Positions 1-8,475 of a DNA stretch of 32,000 nt are shown one piece after another (position 1 is the stretch's first letter; every line of letters starts with the position of its first letter). The notes below the pieces were generated by a model. The model worked only from the letters and a program-made list of their open reading frames with translations. It ran no database searches and had not been told where the DNA came from. The position numbers and the translations under genes were made by a program. Source of the DNA: Breznakia sp. PF5-3 (GTDB taxonomy: Bacteria > Bacillota_I > Bacilli_A > Erysipelotrichales > Erysipelotrichaceae); the NCBI RefSeq assembly GCF_029504745.1, contig NZ_JAQFIQ010000001.1:30001-62000 (forward strand), read 5' to 3'.

Positions 1-1
1 A

Positions 2-508
2 TTTCAATATGATTTTGAAATTGGAAGTTTAGCCAAAGAAAGTTTTTCTGATAGCGAACAACTAAGCAATGAAGAATTTGTATGGGTTTTATTAGCATAT
101 GCTTTAAAATATGAATTTTTTGATCAAATTAATGAACAGCGTTTTTGTCTTATGCAAGCACAAATTCTTATAGATAAAAAACATATATCTTTAGATATGG
201 ATATAACAGTATTTTTGAAACAAAAGTTAGCTTTTCTTAAAGAAGCAAAAAAAGCACTGTTGCGGCAAATTGTGATAATTCAAATATGTACGGTTGCTTT
301 GTTAATGGTCGTATTTATATTTTTGTTACATTATAATGTTATATATGTCTTAGGTATTACAATGGTTTTGACTGTTGCTAATTTGCTTATGATTTATCGT
401 AGAGTTTGGCGAACGTTTAGTGACAATCAACTCTTGCAATTGCAATCTTATGTACAAGATGAAGAATTACTTAACATAATTGAGAATAATAGAGAAGGAA
501 ATGAGTAA
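2..508 (+). CDS. hypothetical membrane protein, 5'-truncated by the window edge
   Basis: Reading frame 2 is open from nt 2 with no stop before the ORF-track ATG at 152, so the ORF probably continues upstream of the window. The C-terminal part has two hydrophobic helices (IVIIQICTVALLMVVFIFLL, VIYVLGITMVLTVANLLMI). No family recognised. Confidence 0.5.
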   Translation, partial: FQYDFEIGSLAKESFSDSEQLSNEEFVWVLLAYALKYEFFDQINEQRFCLMQAQILIDKKHISLDMDITVFLKQKLAFLKEAKKALLRQIVIIQICTVALLMVVFIFLLHYNVIYVLGITMVLTVANLLMIYRRVWRTFSDNQLLQLQSYVQDEELLNIIENNREGNE

Positions 509-537
509 ATTTCCTTTTTTTTGTGTATAATATACTT

Positions 538-1278
538 ATGAAAATAAGTTCGTTACAAAATTCTAAAATAAAATTATGGATGAAGTATCATCAAAAAAAA
601 TATCGTGATCAAGATCAACGGTTTTTAATAGAAGGGGAACATTTAATCAATGAGGCAATCCAAGCAAATTGTTTAGAGAGTTTGTTGATTCGAGATGGGA
701 AGACAAATCCTTTTGGCTTTGCTAATGATGTATATGAGGTAGAAGGATTCATCATGGATAAGTTGTCACAAAATGTTTCAAAAGTAGATTATATTGGTAT
801 TTGTACACATCCAAATATTATTTCTACTGAAAATAATAGATTGGTTTTTTTAGATGCAATACAAGATCCTGGAAATATGGGGGCAATTATTCGTAGTGCC
901 TATAGCTTTGGTTATGATGCTATTTTGGTGGGAAAGGATTGTGTTGATATCTATAATGAAAAAACGATTCGTTCAACCCAAGGAGCGCTGTTTCATTTGC
1001 CAATCAAGCGTGTGGATTTACTTGATGAAATAAAAGCATATCAAGCAAAAGGCGTGCACATGATTGCAACTGCATTAACAAATGCAATGCCTCTTGAACA
1101 AATCACATTTCATCAAAAACAGGGATTGATATTTGGTAATGAAGGTGCTGGTGTCAAAGCGGAAATACTGGCAGTTGCAGATACGATTACAAAAATAGAG
1201 ATGATAAATTTTGAATCCTTGAATGTAGGAGTTGCTGCAAGTATATGTATGCATTATTTAAGAAAGGGAAAAGCATGA
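538..1278 (+). CDS. TrmH/SpoU-family RNA 2'-O-methyltransferase (YsgA/RlmB-like)
   Basis: FLIEGEHLINEA near the N-terminus; SPOUT motifs DPGNMGAIIRSA and LIFGNEGAGV plus LNVGVAASI. It sits upstream of pheS-pheT as ysgA does in Bacillus. Start moved to the ATG at 538 (MKISSLQNSKIKLW), which matches the usual N-terminus of the family; the 523 GTG has no better support. Confidence 0.85.
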   Translation: MKISSLQNSKIKLWMKYHQKKYRDQDQRFLIEGEHLINEAIQANCLESLLIRDGKTNPFGFANDVYEVEGFIMDKLSQNVSKVDYIGICTHPNIISTENNRLVFLDAIQDPGNMGAIIRSAYSFGYDAILVGKDCVDIYNEKTIRSTQGALFHLPIKRVDLLDEIKAYQAKGVHMIATALTNAMPLEQITFHQKQGLIFGNEGAGVKAEILAVADTITKIEMINFESLNVGVAASICMHYLRKGKA

Positions 1279-2156
1279 TTTATAAAATAGAAAAGGATCA
1301 ACTTCATAAAGTAGATAAAGTAGCAAAACAAGGATTGTTTTTTATAGATAAGATAGAGTATTTAGATGGATATGAAGAGTATCCTAGATTTGTGGAATCG
1401 ATTCAAAACCATAATATAAGATTTGAGAGTCATCTTCATTTTGATATTCTTGTACTTCCGAATTCCATTCACATGCATAAATCAAAAAATCATATCTATG
1501 TTTATTTATCAAAAGATCGTTCTTTTTTCTGTGGAAATAAGAAATATTTTAGTTCATTTATTAAACAACTTCCTTTGGATGATGAAAGTATGAATATTGG
1601 GAATATCATTCAAAAGCTTTTACATAGTATTTCTGATGAAGTATATCATCATCTAAGCGATCTTGAAAACAAGGCTTTGCAATTGGAGGATCATGTTATC
1701 AATGATCCAATGATGAAAAATGCAAATAAAAATATTTTGGCATTTCGTAAAAATCTATTAAGAATGAAAAGAGATTATAATAATCTTTTGGATATTGTAG
1801 ATTCGTTAATTGAAAATGATAATGGTTTATTTATGGAACTTGATATAAAGCATTTTAATATAGAGAAAGATCGCTTAAATCGTAATTATAATCATCTTTT
1901 ATCATTGATGGAATATATTACTGAAATTCGAGAAGCTTATCAATCGGCTGTTGATAATCGATTGAATGATATTATGAAATTATTTACTATCATCAGTGCG
2001 ATTTTCTTGCCATTGACCTTGCTTGTTGGCTGGTATGGAATGAATTTACGTATGCCTGAATTGGATTGGGTATTTAGTTATCCACTAGTCATTGTTTTGA
2101 GTATTATTATTGTTGTATTCTGTATTTATTATTTTCGCAAGAAAAAATGGTTTTAA
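1275..2156 (+). CDS. CorA-family divalent cation (Mg2+/Co2+) transporter
   Basis: C-terminal signature WYGMNLRMPE (GMN motif) lies between two TM helices (IFLPLTLLVGW, PLVIVLSIIIVVFCIYYF). The N-terminal cytoplasmic domain is divergent. ATG at 1275 overlaps the upstream stop (ATGA) and follows GAAAGGGAAAAGC. Confidence 0.8.
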   Translation: MIYKIEKDQLHKVDKVAKQGLFFIDKIEYLDGYEEYPRFVESIQNHNIRFESHLHFDILVLPNSIHMHKSKNHIYVYLSKDRSFFCGNKKYFSSFIKQLPLDDESMNIGNIIQKLLHSISDEVYHHLSDLENKALQLEDHVINDPMMKNANKNILAFRKNLLRMKRDYNNLLDIVDSLIENDNGLFMELDIKHFNIEKDRLNRNYNHLLSLMEYITEIREAYQSAVDNRLNDIMKLFTIISAIFLPLTLLVGWYGMNLRMPELDWVFSYPLVIVLSIIIVVFCIYYFRKKKWF

Positions 2157-2181
2157 TAATATATTGTAATGGAGTTTGGTA

Positions 2182-2793
2182 ATGAACATTGAAAAAACAA
2201 TTCAAAATTTAGAAAAGCATAATTTTAAGGCCTATTTTGTGAAAGATAAAATAAGGTTATTTTCACTTCTAGATCAACTTTTAAAACCAGAGGTTAGTAT
2301 TGGATGTGGTGATTCAATGACACTAGAAACGCTAGGTGTATATGAATATTTGAGAAGTGGAGAGTATATCTTTTATGATAAATATAAAAAGAATTTATCT
2401 ACTGAGGATAAGCGTGCTTTGTATGTAAAGAATTTTTCGGCGGATGTTTTTTTCAGTAGTGCGAATGCGATTACAGAGGATGGGAAAATATTTAATATAG
2501 ATGGGAATGGTAGTCGGGTTGCACCAATCATTTATGGTCCGAAAAAGGTAATTATAATCTGTGGGAAAAATAAAATTGTTGCTGATGAAAAGGCAGCATA
2601 TAAGCGAGCGCGAAATATTGCAGCGCCACTGGATGCGAAGCGTTTGGGAAAGAAGACACCTTGTGCAATTACTGATGAGTGTGTGGATTGTCAAGCGAGC
2701 GATCGTATTTGTAATTCTTTTGTATTGTTAAGTGGACAATTTGTGAAAGATAGAATTAATATTATTATTGTTGATGAAGATTTAGGATATTGA
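2182..2793 (+). CDS. LUD (lactate utilisation, YkgG/LutC-like, DUF162) domain protein
   Basis: About 200 aa with the family-typical layout (GCGDSMT, SSANAITEDGKI, NIDGNGSRV) and a C-terminal Cys group (CAITDECVDCQASDRIC). ATG at 2182 follows GGAG. Family assignment is from memory of LUD-domain proteins. Confidence 0.65.
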   Translation: MNIEKTIQNLEKHNFKAYFVKDKIRLFSLLDQLLKPEVSIGCGDSMTLETLGVYEYLRSGEYIFYDKYKKNLSTEDKRALYVKNFSADVFFSSANAITEDGKIFNIDGNGSRVAPIIYGPKKVIIICGKNKIVADEKAAYKRARNIAAPLDAKRLGKKTPCAITDECVDCQASDRICNSFVLLSGQFVKDRINIIIVDEDLGY

Positions 2794-2804
2794 TTTGGAA
2801 AAGG

Positions 2805-2833
2805 TTGAAATAGCCTTTTTTTTATACTATAAT
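2805..2833 (+). promoter_or_regulatory. sigma-A-type promoter of the pheST T-box leader
   Basis: TTGAAA (2805-2810), 17-nt spacer, TATAAT (2828-2833). This places the predicted start just before Stem I of the T-box. Confidence 0.5.
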
Positions 2834-2837
2834 TATG

Positions 2838-3051
2838 ATAATGCGTTGAAAAGGACTAGTAATATAGCACTTTTTTTTAAGGGAATGATAGTCATAGACT
2901 GCGAGCTATCTAAAAGAAACTATATGAATTCACCTTTGAGTGAGATTAATGACCTCCCGTTTCATACGGTTATCATGTAATAGAGTGTGTCGCAAGATGA
3001 ATTAGGATGGTACCGCGCTGTTATGCGTTCCTATACTTGTGCTTTTTTTTT
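2838..3051 (+). promoter_or_regulatory. T-box leader RNA, Phe (UUC) specifier
   Basis: Conserved T-box sequence AATTAGGATGGTACCGCG at 3000-3017. Antiterminator-like fold: TAGGA 3003-3007 pairs with TCCTA 3029-3033, with a 7-nt bulge TGGTACC. Stem I specifier loop has AGTA (2858-2861) opposite GAA-TTC-A (2926-2932), closed by ATATAG 2862-2867 pairing with CTATAT 2920-2925. A T9 tract lies at 3043-3051, directly upstream of pheS. Confidence 0.9.
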
Positions 3052-3068
3052 GGCAGAAAGGATACATA

Positions 3069-4103
3069 ATGGAAAAGTTAGAAAAACTAAGAGCAGAAGG
3101 TTTACAGAAAATTGAAGCATGTAAATCTACAAAAGAACTACAAGATATTCGCGTAGCATATCTTGGTAAAAAAGGTTCGATTCAAGAAGTAATGAAAACG
3201 ATGAAGGACTTAAGCAAAGAGGAACGTCCAATTTTCGGACAACAGGTTAACGAAATTAAACAAGCGATTGAACAAGCAATTGAAGTTAAAAAAATTGGTT
3301 TGGAAGAAGCTGAAGTTAATGAAAAATTGAAAAATGAAAAGATTGATATTAGTCTAAGTGGACTAAAACCTAATCTTGGGAATTTGCATCCTCTAATCTT
3401 GGTTCAGCAAGAGTTGGAAGATTTATTTATAGGTCTTGGATATGAAATCGCAGAAGGTCCAGAGGTAGAGCTTGATTTATATAATTTTGAACGAGCAAAT
3501 ATACCAAAGGATCATCCTGCACGCGATATGCAAGATACATTTTATATAGATGCAGAGAAATTGCTTAGAACGCATACAACAGCTGTACAGATGCGTGTAT
3601 TAGAAGAAAATGCACCTACATTACCAATTAAAGTTGTATGTCCAGGGAAGGTTTATCGTAGAGATGATGATGATGCTACCCATTCACATCAATTTACACA
3701 ATTAGAAGGTTTGGTTGTTGGTAATGATATTCGCTTATCAGATTTGAAAGGAACACTAGAACTTGTTGCAAAACGCATGTTTGGTGAAAGTCGAAATATT
3801 CGGTTCCGTCCTAGTTATTTCCAATTTACAGAGCCTAGTGTAGAAGTTGATGTTTCTTGTCATATCTGTAATGGAAAAGGTTGTCCAACTTGTAAAGGTA
3901 CTGGTTGGATTGAAATTTTAGGAGCAGGAATGGTACATCCAAATGTATTGTCAATGGCAGGATACGATCCATTAGCTTGCAGTGGTTTTGCTTTTGGGAT
4001 TGGAATGGAACGTGTTGCTTTATTAAAATATGGGATTGATGATATTCGTCATCTTTATACAAATGATATTCGTTTTTTGAAAACATTTAATCGTTTTGAG
4101 TAG
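3069..4103 (+). CDS. pheS: phenylalanine--tRNA ligase alpha subunit
   Basis: Class II aaRS motifs ([23 protein letters not shown]-like [24 protein letters not shown]). ATG at 3069 follows AAAGGA. Downstream of the Phe T-box and upstream of pheT. Confidence 0.97.
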   Translation: MEKLEKLRAEGLQKIEACKSTKELQDIRVAYLGKKGSIQEVMKTMKDLSKEERPIFGQQVNEIKQAIEQAIEVKKIGLEEAEVNEKLKNEKIDISLSGLKPNLGNLHPLILVQQELEDLFIGLGYEIAEGPEVELDLYNFERANIPKDHPARDMQDTFYIDAEKLLRTHTTAVQMRVLEENAPTLPIKVVCPGKVYRRDDDDATHSHQFTQLEGLVVGNDIRLSDLKGTLELVAKRMFGESRNIRFRPSYFQFTEPSVEVDVSCHICNGKGCPTCKGTGWIEILGAGMVHPNVLSMAGYDPLACSGFAFGIGMERVALLKYGIDDIRHLYTNDIRFLKTFNRFE

Positions 4104-4114
4104 GAGGTAATGAA

Positions 4115-6505
4115 ATGTTAATTAGTAGAAAATGGCTAAATCAATATATGGGTTTAGGTGATATTACAATCAATGAATTAGCAGATAAAATTACTGCTGC
4201 TGGTTTAGAGGTTGAAGGAATTGAATATATGGCTGAAGGTACCAATTTAGTGATTGGAAAAATTCTTACAGCAAAACCACATCCTGATTCTGATCATTTA
4301 CAAGTATGTGAAGTTGATGTTGTGGATGAAGTTTTACAAATTGTTTGTGGTGCGCCCAACTGTAGAGCAGGATTAAATGTGATTGTTGCAAAAACAGGAG
4401 CAAAACTTCCAGAACTTGAAATTAAAAAGGGATTGATTCGAGGTGTTGAATCAAATGGAATGATTTGTAGTTTGCTTGAATTGGGGGTTGATGGAAAAAA
4501 CTTAAGTGATGAGCAAAAAGCAGGAATTGAAGAGTTAGCTGAGGATGCTCCAATTGGTGAAACGAAAGTTTTGGCATATTTAGGATTAGATGATGAAATA
4601 TTAGATATTGGATTAACACCAAATCGTAACGATTGTTTAGCTGCCTTTGCAATGGCAAAGGAAACAGGAGCAGTTTTAAATAAAGAGGTTACATTACCAA
4701 ACTATAAAGGACAATCTGATGGTGGATTACCAACAAAATTAGTAGTTCGATCAGAAACAGAAAAATGTCCTTTATATACTGGGAAAATTATTCGCAATCT
4801 TACGATTAAAGAATCTCCAAGCTGGATGCGTGATTTGTTGATGGCAAGTGGAATCAAATCAATTAATAATGTTGTTGATATATCTAATTTAGTGATGTTG
4901 GAGACAGGTCAACCTTTACATTTCTTTGATTTATCAAAATTAGAAAAAGAAGAAATTGTCGTCAAAGATGGAATGAATTGTAAATATACTGCACTTGATG
5001 GTATAGAATATCAAATAACAGAAGATGACATTATGATTACAATCCATGATAAACCTGTTGCAATTGGGGGAGTTATGGGTGGAGATGACTCTAAGATTGA
5101 TGATAATACAAAAGGGATCTTAATTGAAGCTGCAAGTTTTAATCATGTGGCTATTCGAAATACTGCCCGACGTTTAAACTTGAATACTGATTCTAGTATT
5201 CGTTATCAAAAGGGAATTGAGCCTAAAGCTCCATATATAGCAATGGATAGAGCAGTACAATTACTAGTAGAATATGCAGATGCAGATGCGATAGAAGAAA
5301 CTGCTTTTTCTGCTGATCTTACTATTGATGATGTAACATTTGATGTTTCATTACCACGTATTAATCACTTATTAGGAACAAGATTTGAAGAAAACCAAGT
5401 TATGGATGTATTGGAAAGATTAGATTTTCATCCAACCAAAAATGGTGATTTCATCAATGTTGTTATTCCATCGTATCGTCAAGATGTGAAAATTGAGGCA
5501 GATATTGCGGAAGAAATCATTCGTATTATAGGTTTTGATGATTTAGAATCTACAATGCCGATGATGAGTGATACGGCAGGAAAATTAAATAGACGCCAAC
5601 AATTAAGGAGAACATTACGTTCTATACTGTGTGATCAAGGCTTTTATGAAGCTACTTCTTATACTTTGGTAAGTGAAAAGATGTATAAAGATGCGATTAT
5701 GCCACTTGGTTCATATGAACAATTGGCTTCACCAATGAGTGAAGATCGTAAAATTATTAGGGGAAGTATCCTACCTAGTTTATTAAATTGTGTAGCTTAT
5801 AATAAAGCTAGATCATTGAAGAACGTTCCTTTCTTTGAGATTAGTACAGTTTATGGAAAAGATGTTATGGAAGAACGTCTAGCAATTGTTTTACAAGGTG
5901 CCTTACAAGAAAATAGATGGATGAAATATGAAATTTCACCAACATTTTATATGATGAAAGGAATGATTCAGGCGATATTGGAAAAGCTTGGATATAATGA
6001 ATCGCGTATTATAATTAAAGAAAATACGCTTGATACAACTCATTTTCATCCTTATCGAAGTGCTGTTGTCTATATTGGAAAAGATTTATTAGGAATTTTT
6101 GGAGTGATTCATCCAAATATGGCAAAAGCATATGAAGTTAGTGAATGTGTAATAGCAGAACTTAATTTAGAGGTTATCCTTGCAAACAAAACAAGTAAGG
6201 TAAAATATGAGGCTGTATCAAAATATCCACAAGTAGTTCGTGATTTAGCATTTGTTGTTGAAGAGAATTTAGCCGTTTCTGAAATAACAAAGGCGATAAA
6301 AAATTGTGGTAAAGCGATTATTAAAGATGTTGAAGTATTTGATGTTTATACAGGAGAGCATGTAGAGGATGGTTATAAATCAATTGCCTTATCTATTACT
6401 TTCCAAGCAAACGATCGTACCTTGACAGATGATGAAATCAACCAAGTTCATGATAAAATCTTAAGTGTTTTAAAAGATAAGTTGAATGCTGAATTGAGAG
6501 GTTAG
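4115..6505 (+). CDS. pheT: phenylalanine--tRNA ligase beta subunit
   Basis: 796 aa. N-terminal tRNA-binding domain (KPHPDSDHLQVCEVD), B3/4 and B5 regions, and a C-terminal FDX-ACB-like domain (VFDVYTGEHV). RBS GGAGG lies upstream. Confidence 0.97.
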   Translation: MLISRKWLNQYMGLGDITINELADKITAAGLEVEGIEYMAEGTNLVIGKILTAKPHPDSDHLQVCEVDVVDEVLQIVCGAPNCRAGLNVIVAKTGAKLPELEIKKGLIRGVESNGMICSLLELGVDGKNLSDEQKAGIEELAEDAPIGETKVLAYLGLDDEILDIGLTPNRNDCLAAFAMAKETGAVLNKEVTLPNYKGQSDGGLPTKLVVRSETEKCPLYTGKIIRNLTIKESPSWMRDLLMASGIKSINNVVDISNLVMLETGQPLHFFDLSKLEKEEIVVKDGMNCKYTALDGIEYQITEDDIMITIHDKPVAIGGVMGGDDSKIDDNTKGILIEAASFNHVAIRNTARRLNLNTDSSIRYQKGIEPKAPYIAMDRAVQLLVEYADADAIEETAFSADLTIDDVTFDVSLPRINHLLGTRFEENQVMDVLERLDFHPTKNGDFINVVIPSYRQDVKIEADIAEEIIRIIGFDDLESTMPMMSDTAGKLNRRQQLRRTLRSILCDQGFYEATSYTLVSEKMYKDAIMPLGSYEQLASPMSEDRKIIRGSILPSLLNCVAYNKARSLKNVPFFEISTVYGKDVMEERLAIVLQGALQENRWMKYEISPTFYMMKGMIQAILEKLGYNESRIIIKENTLDTTHFHPYRSAVVYIGKDLLGIFGVIHPNMAKAYEVSECVIAELNLEVILANKTSKVKYEAVSKYPQVVRDLAFVVEENLAVSEITKAIKNCGKAIIKDVEVFDVYTGEHVEDGYKSIALSITFQANDRTLTDDEINQVHDKILSVLKDKLNAELRG

Positions 6506-6511
6506 AAAAAA

Positions 6512-6540
6512 GTCGAAAGAAATCTTTCGGCTTTTTGTTT
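6512..6540 (+). terminator. intrinsic terminator after pheT
   Basis: GTCGAAAG / CTTTCGGC hairpin (one G-T pair) followed by TTTTTGTTTT. Confidence 0.7.
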
Positions 6541-6599
6541 TAATATTTCAATTATTTCGTTAGAATATATATAAGAATATAAAATACATGAGGTGAAAA

Positions 6600-7532
6600 A
6601 TGATTGTTACAGTTACAATGAATCCTGCTATAGATAAGACTGCAGAAGTTGATGAATTCATAGTTGGTGGTTTAAATCGATTGCAAAATACGTTGATAAA
6701 TCCTGGTGGAAAAGGGATTAATGTATCAAAGACGATACAACATTTAGGTGGCGAAAGTATTGCGATGGGTTTTGTTGCAGGTGCTAGTGGTAGATATATT
6801 GTAGATGCTTTAAATGATTATCATATTAAAAATAAGATGGTTGAAGTAGTGGGGAATACAAGAACGAATTTAAAAATTTTAAATAGTAAAATGAAACTTA
6901 CGGAATTAAATGAAGAAGGACCAATAATTACAAAAGAAGCTTTGGATTTACTATGTAATCAAATTATTCAAGATGTTAATCAAGATGATATTGTAGTTTT
7001 ATCTGGTAGTGTTCCTTCTACTGTGACAAAAGATATTTATGCTGAAATAATTCATAAGGTAAAGCAGAAGGGTGTAAAGGTAATTTTAGATGCTGATGGC
7101 GATTTGTTTAAAAACTCAGTGGTAGAAGTTCCAACAATAATAAAGCCGAATCGATATGAACTGTGTCAATATTTTAAAATTGATGAAAATTGTAGCTTAG
7201 AAGAACTATTAAATAAAGGAAAGCTATTTTTGGATGCTGGAATAGAAATGATTGTGATTTCTATGGGAAGTGATGGAGCAGTCTTTATGAATAATGATCA
7301 TACTGCAATCGTAAAAGGATTAAAGGTAGAAGCTCATTCAAGTGTAGGAGCAGGAGATGCAATGGTTGCAGGTATTGCATATGCTTTAGAGAGGAAATTC
7401 TCGTTTGATGATCTCATTAAGCTTTCTGTTGCAACGAGTGCTGGAGCGGTGATGACGAAAGGAACACAACCAGCAGATCGAAAAATAGTAGATGATTTGA
7501 TGAAAAAAGTACAGATTCAAAAAATTAAGTAA
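6600..7532 (+). CDS. pfkB: PfkB-family sugar-phosphate kinase, most like 1-phosphofructokinase
   Basis: N-terminus MIVTVTMNPAIDKT, GGKGINVS, and C-terminal ATP-site motif GAGDAMVAGIA. RBS GAGGTG. No fruR or fruA is adjacent in this window. Confidence 0.85.
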   Translation: MIVTVTMNPAIDKTAEVDEFIVGGLNRLQNTLINPGGKGINVSKTIQHLGGESIAMGFVAGASGRYIVDALNDYHIKNKMVEVVGNTRTNLKILNSKMKLTELNEEGPIITKEALDLLCNQIIQDVNQDDIVVLSGSVPSTVTKDIYAEIIHKVKQKGVKVILDADGDLFKNSVVEVPTIIKPNRYELCQYFKIDENCSLEELLNKGKLFLDAGIEMIVISMGSDGAVFMNNDHTAIVKGLKVEAHSSVGAGDAMVAGIAYALERKFSFDDLIKLSVATSAGAVMTKGTQPADRKIVDDLMKKVQIQKIK

Positions 7533-7542
7533 AAGAAATAGT

Positions 7543-7575
7543 AAAAAGACATATATTAAATAATGTCTTTTTATT
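7543..7575. terminator. bidirectional intrinsic terminator (pfkB / MerR regulator convergent pair)
   Basis: Perfect 8-bp stem AAAGACAT (7545-7552) / ATGTCTTT (7563-7570), with an A-run on the left and a T-run on the right. Confidence 0.7.
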
Positions 7576-8392
7576 GTTGTTCAACTTGAACAGAAATTTG
7601 GATAACATATTCCTCTTCTTTGTTAGTTTGTAAATGGTTTAAGATATCATATTCGTAGAAATCACCAATAACTTTCAAATGATATTCTTTTATATAATTA
7701 CGGATAATATCATATGTTTCACTCATTGATCGATATGTTCCTTTATGTTCAATTACAAGATACATTCCAGCAGGTTGTTCTTTCACAAAAGGAATATTTT
7801 TTCGTTTGTTTAAATAAGAGAAATATGCCAAATCTTTAAATTCATTTTGCAATACACCTTGGGCATCGTATATGATTCCATAAGACAAATCATCAGAAAT
7901 ATTGTGTTGTTGACAATATGCGATATGCTTACTTAAACAATCATAATAATCTTTATCATCTTTTGGTGATGAGGTAAATGGGGTGGTAATGATATATCCC
8001 AGATTCCAATGTTCTAGTCTAGGAACAAAGTAAGATGTATGTAAAGCTTTTTTAGTGTTTTTAATAATATGATTGATAGAATTAGTGAGTTCTGTAATAT
8101 ATTGTTTTTGTTTGTTTAATATATTCTTTTTTTCTTCAAGTATTTTAATAAAATTTTCACTATTCTGATGTTCCATAAATGCTTTGATTTCTTTTAAAGA
8201 ACTACCGCTTTCTCGTAATACAGAAATCAAATCAAAAGTTGAAAATTGATCAATGGAATAATAGCGATAGCCATTATTTTTAATGATGTTTGGTTTTAAT
8301 AACCCAATTTGATCGTAATGAAAAAGAGTGTTTTTTGTTGTGTTACACAACTTTGCAAATTCTCCTGTAGTTAATAAAACCGATGAGTGCAT
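7571..8392 (-). CDS. MerR-family transcriptional regulator with C-terminal GyrI-like (BmrR/AraC-effector-binding type) domain
   Basis: N-terminal MerR HTH (TTGEFAKLCNTTKNTLFHYDQIGLLKP...GYRYY), a coiled-coil linker, and a C-terminal half of about 150 aa typical of GyrI-like ligand-binding domains. Divergent from a MATE pump. RBS AAGGAGA. Confidence 0.85.
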   Translation of the reverse strand: MHSSVLLTTGEFAKLCNTTKNTLFHYDQIGLLKPNIIKNNGYRYYSIDQFSTFDLISVLRESGSSLKEIKAFMEHQNSENFIKILEEKKNILNKQKQYITELTNSINHIIKNTKKALHTSYFVPRLEHWNLGYIITTPFTSSPKDDKDYYDCLSKHIAYCQQHNISDDLSYGIIYDAQGVLQNEFKDLAYFSYLNKRKNIPFVKEQPAGMYLVIEHKGTYRSMSETYDIIRNYIKEYHLKVIGDFYEYDILNHLQTNKEEEYVIQISVQVEQQ

Positions 8393-8401
8393 AATTTCTC
8401 C

Positions 8402-8432
8402 TTGACTATATGGTAACCATATAGTTTATCAT
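8402..8432 (+). promoter_or_regulatory. MerR-type promoter/operator for the MATE gene (19-bp spacer containing a palindrome)
   Basis: TTGACT (8402-8407), 19-nt spacer, TATCAT (8427-8432). The spacer carries a perfect 10+10 bp inverted repeat, ACTATATGGT-A-ACCATATAGT (8405-8425). Confidence 0.7.
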
Positions 8433-8457
8433 AACATTTATTGGCTTTTATTGGCAA
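8428..8457 (-). promoter_or_regulatory. possible overlapping divergent promoter for the MerR regulator gene
   Basis: On the minus strand: TTGCCA (plus coordinates 8452-8457), 18-nt spacer, TATGAT (8428-8433). Transcription would run through the palindrome, which suggests autoregulation. Sequence-only guess. Confidence 0.3.
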
Positions 8458-8475
8458 TATGAAAAGGAGGTAATT

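Noticed and set aside
2795-2980. 61-aa ORF (TTG start) between the LUD gene and pheS
   Set aside because: It lies entirely inside the T-box leader (promoter, Stem I, specifier loop), has no RBS, and has an odd composition. The RNA element explains this region.
2395-4658. Antisense ORFs inside the LUD gene, pheS and pheT (2395-2694, 3835-4086, 4422-4658)
   Set aside because: They are fully embedded opposite strongly supported genes, their translations are low-complexity or hydrophobic-biased as is typical of antisense frames in AT-rich DNA, and they have no RBS.
6600-7532. PfkB-family kinase with no fruR or fruA neighbours, considered as an oddity
   Set aside because: Stand-alone pfkB-family kinases are common. 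It has its own RBS and terminators on both sides, and nothing in the sequence is unusual.
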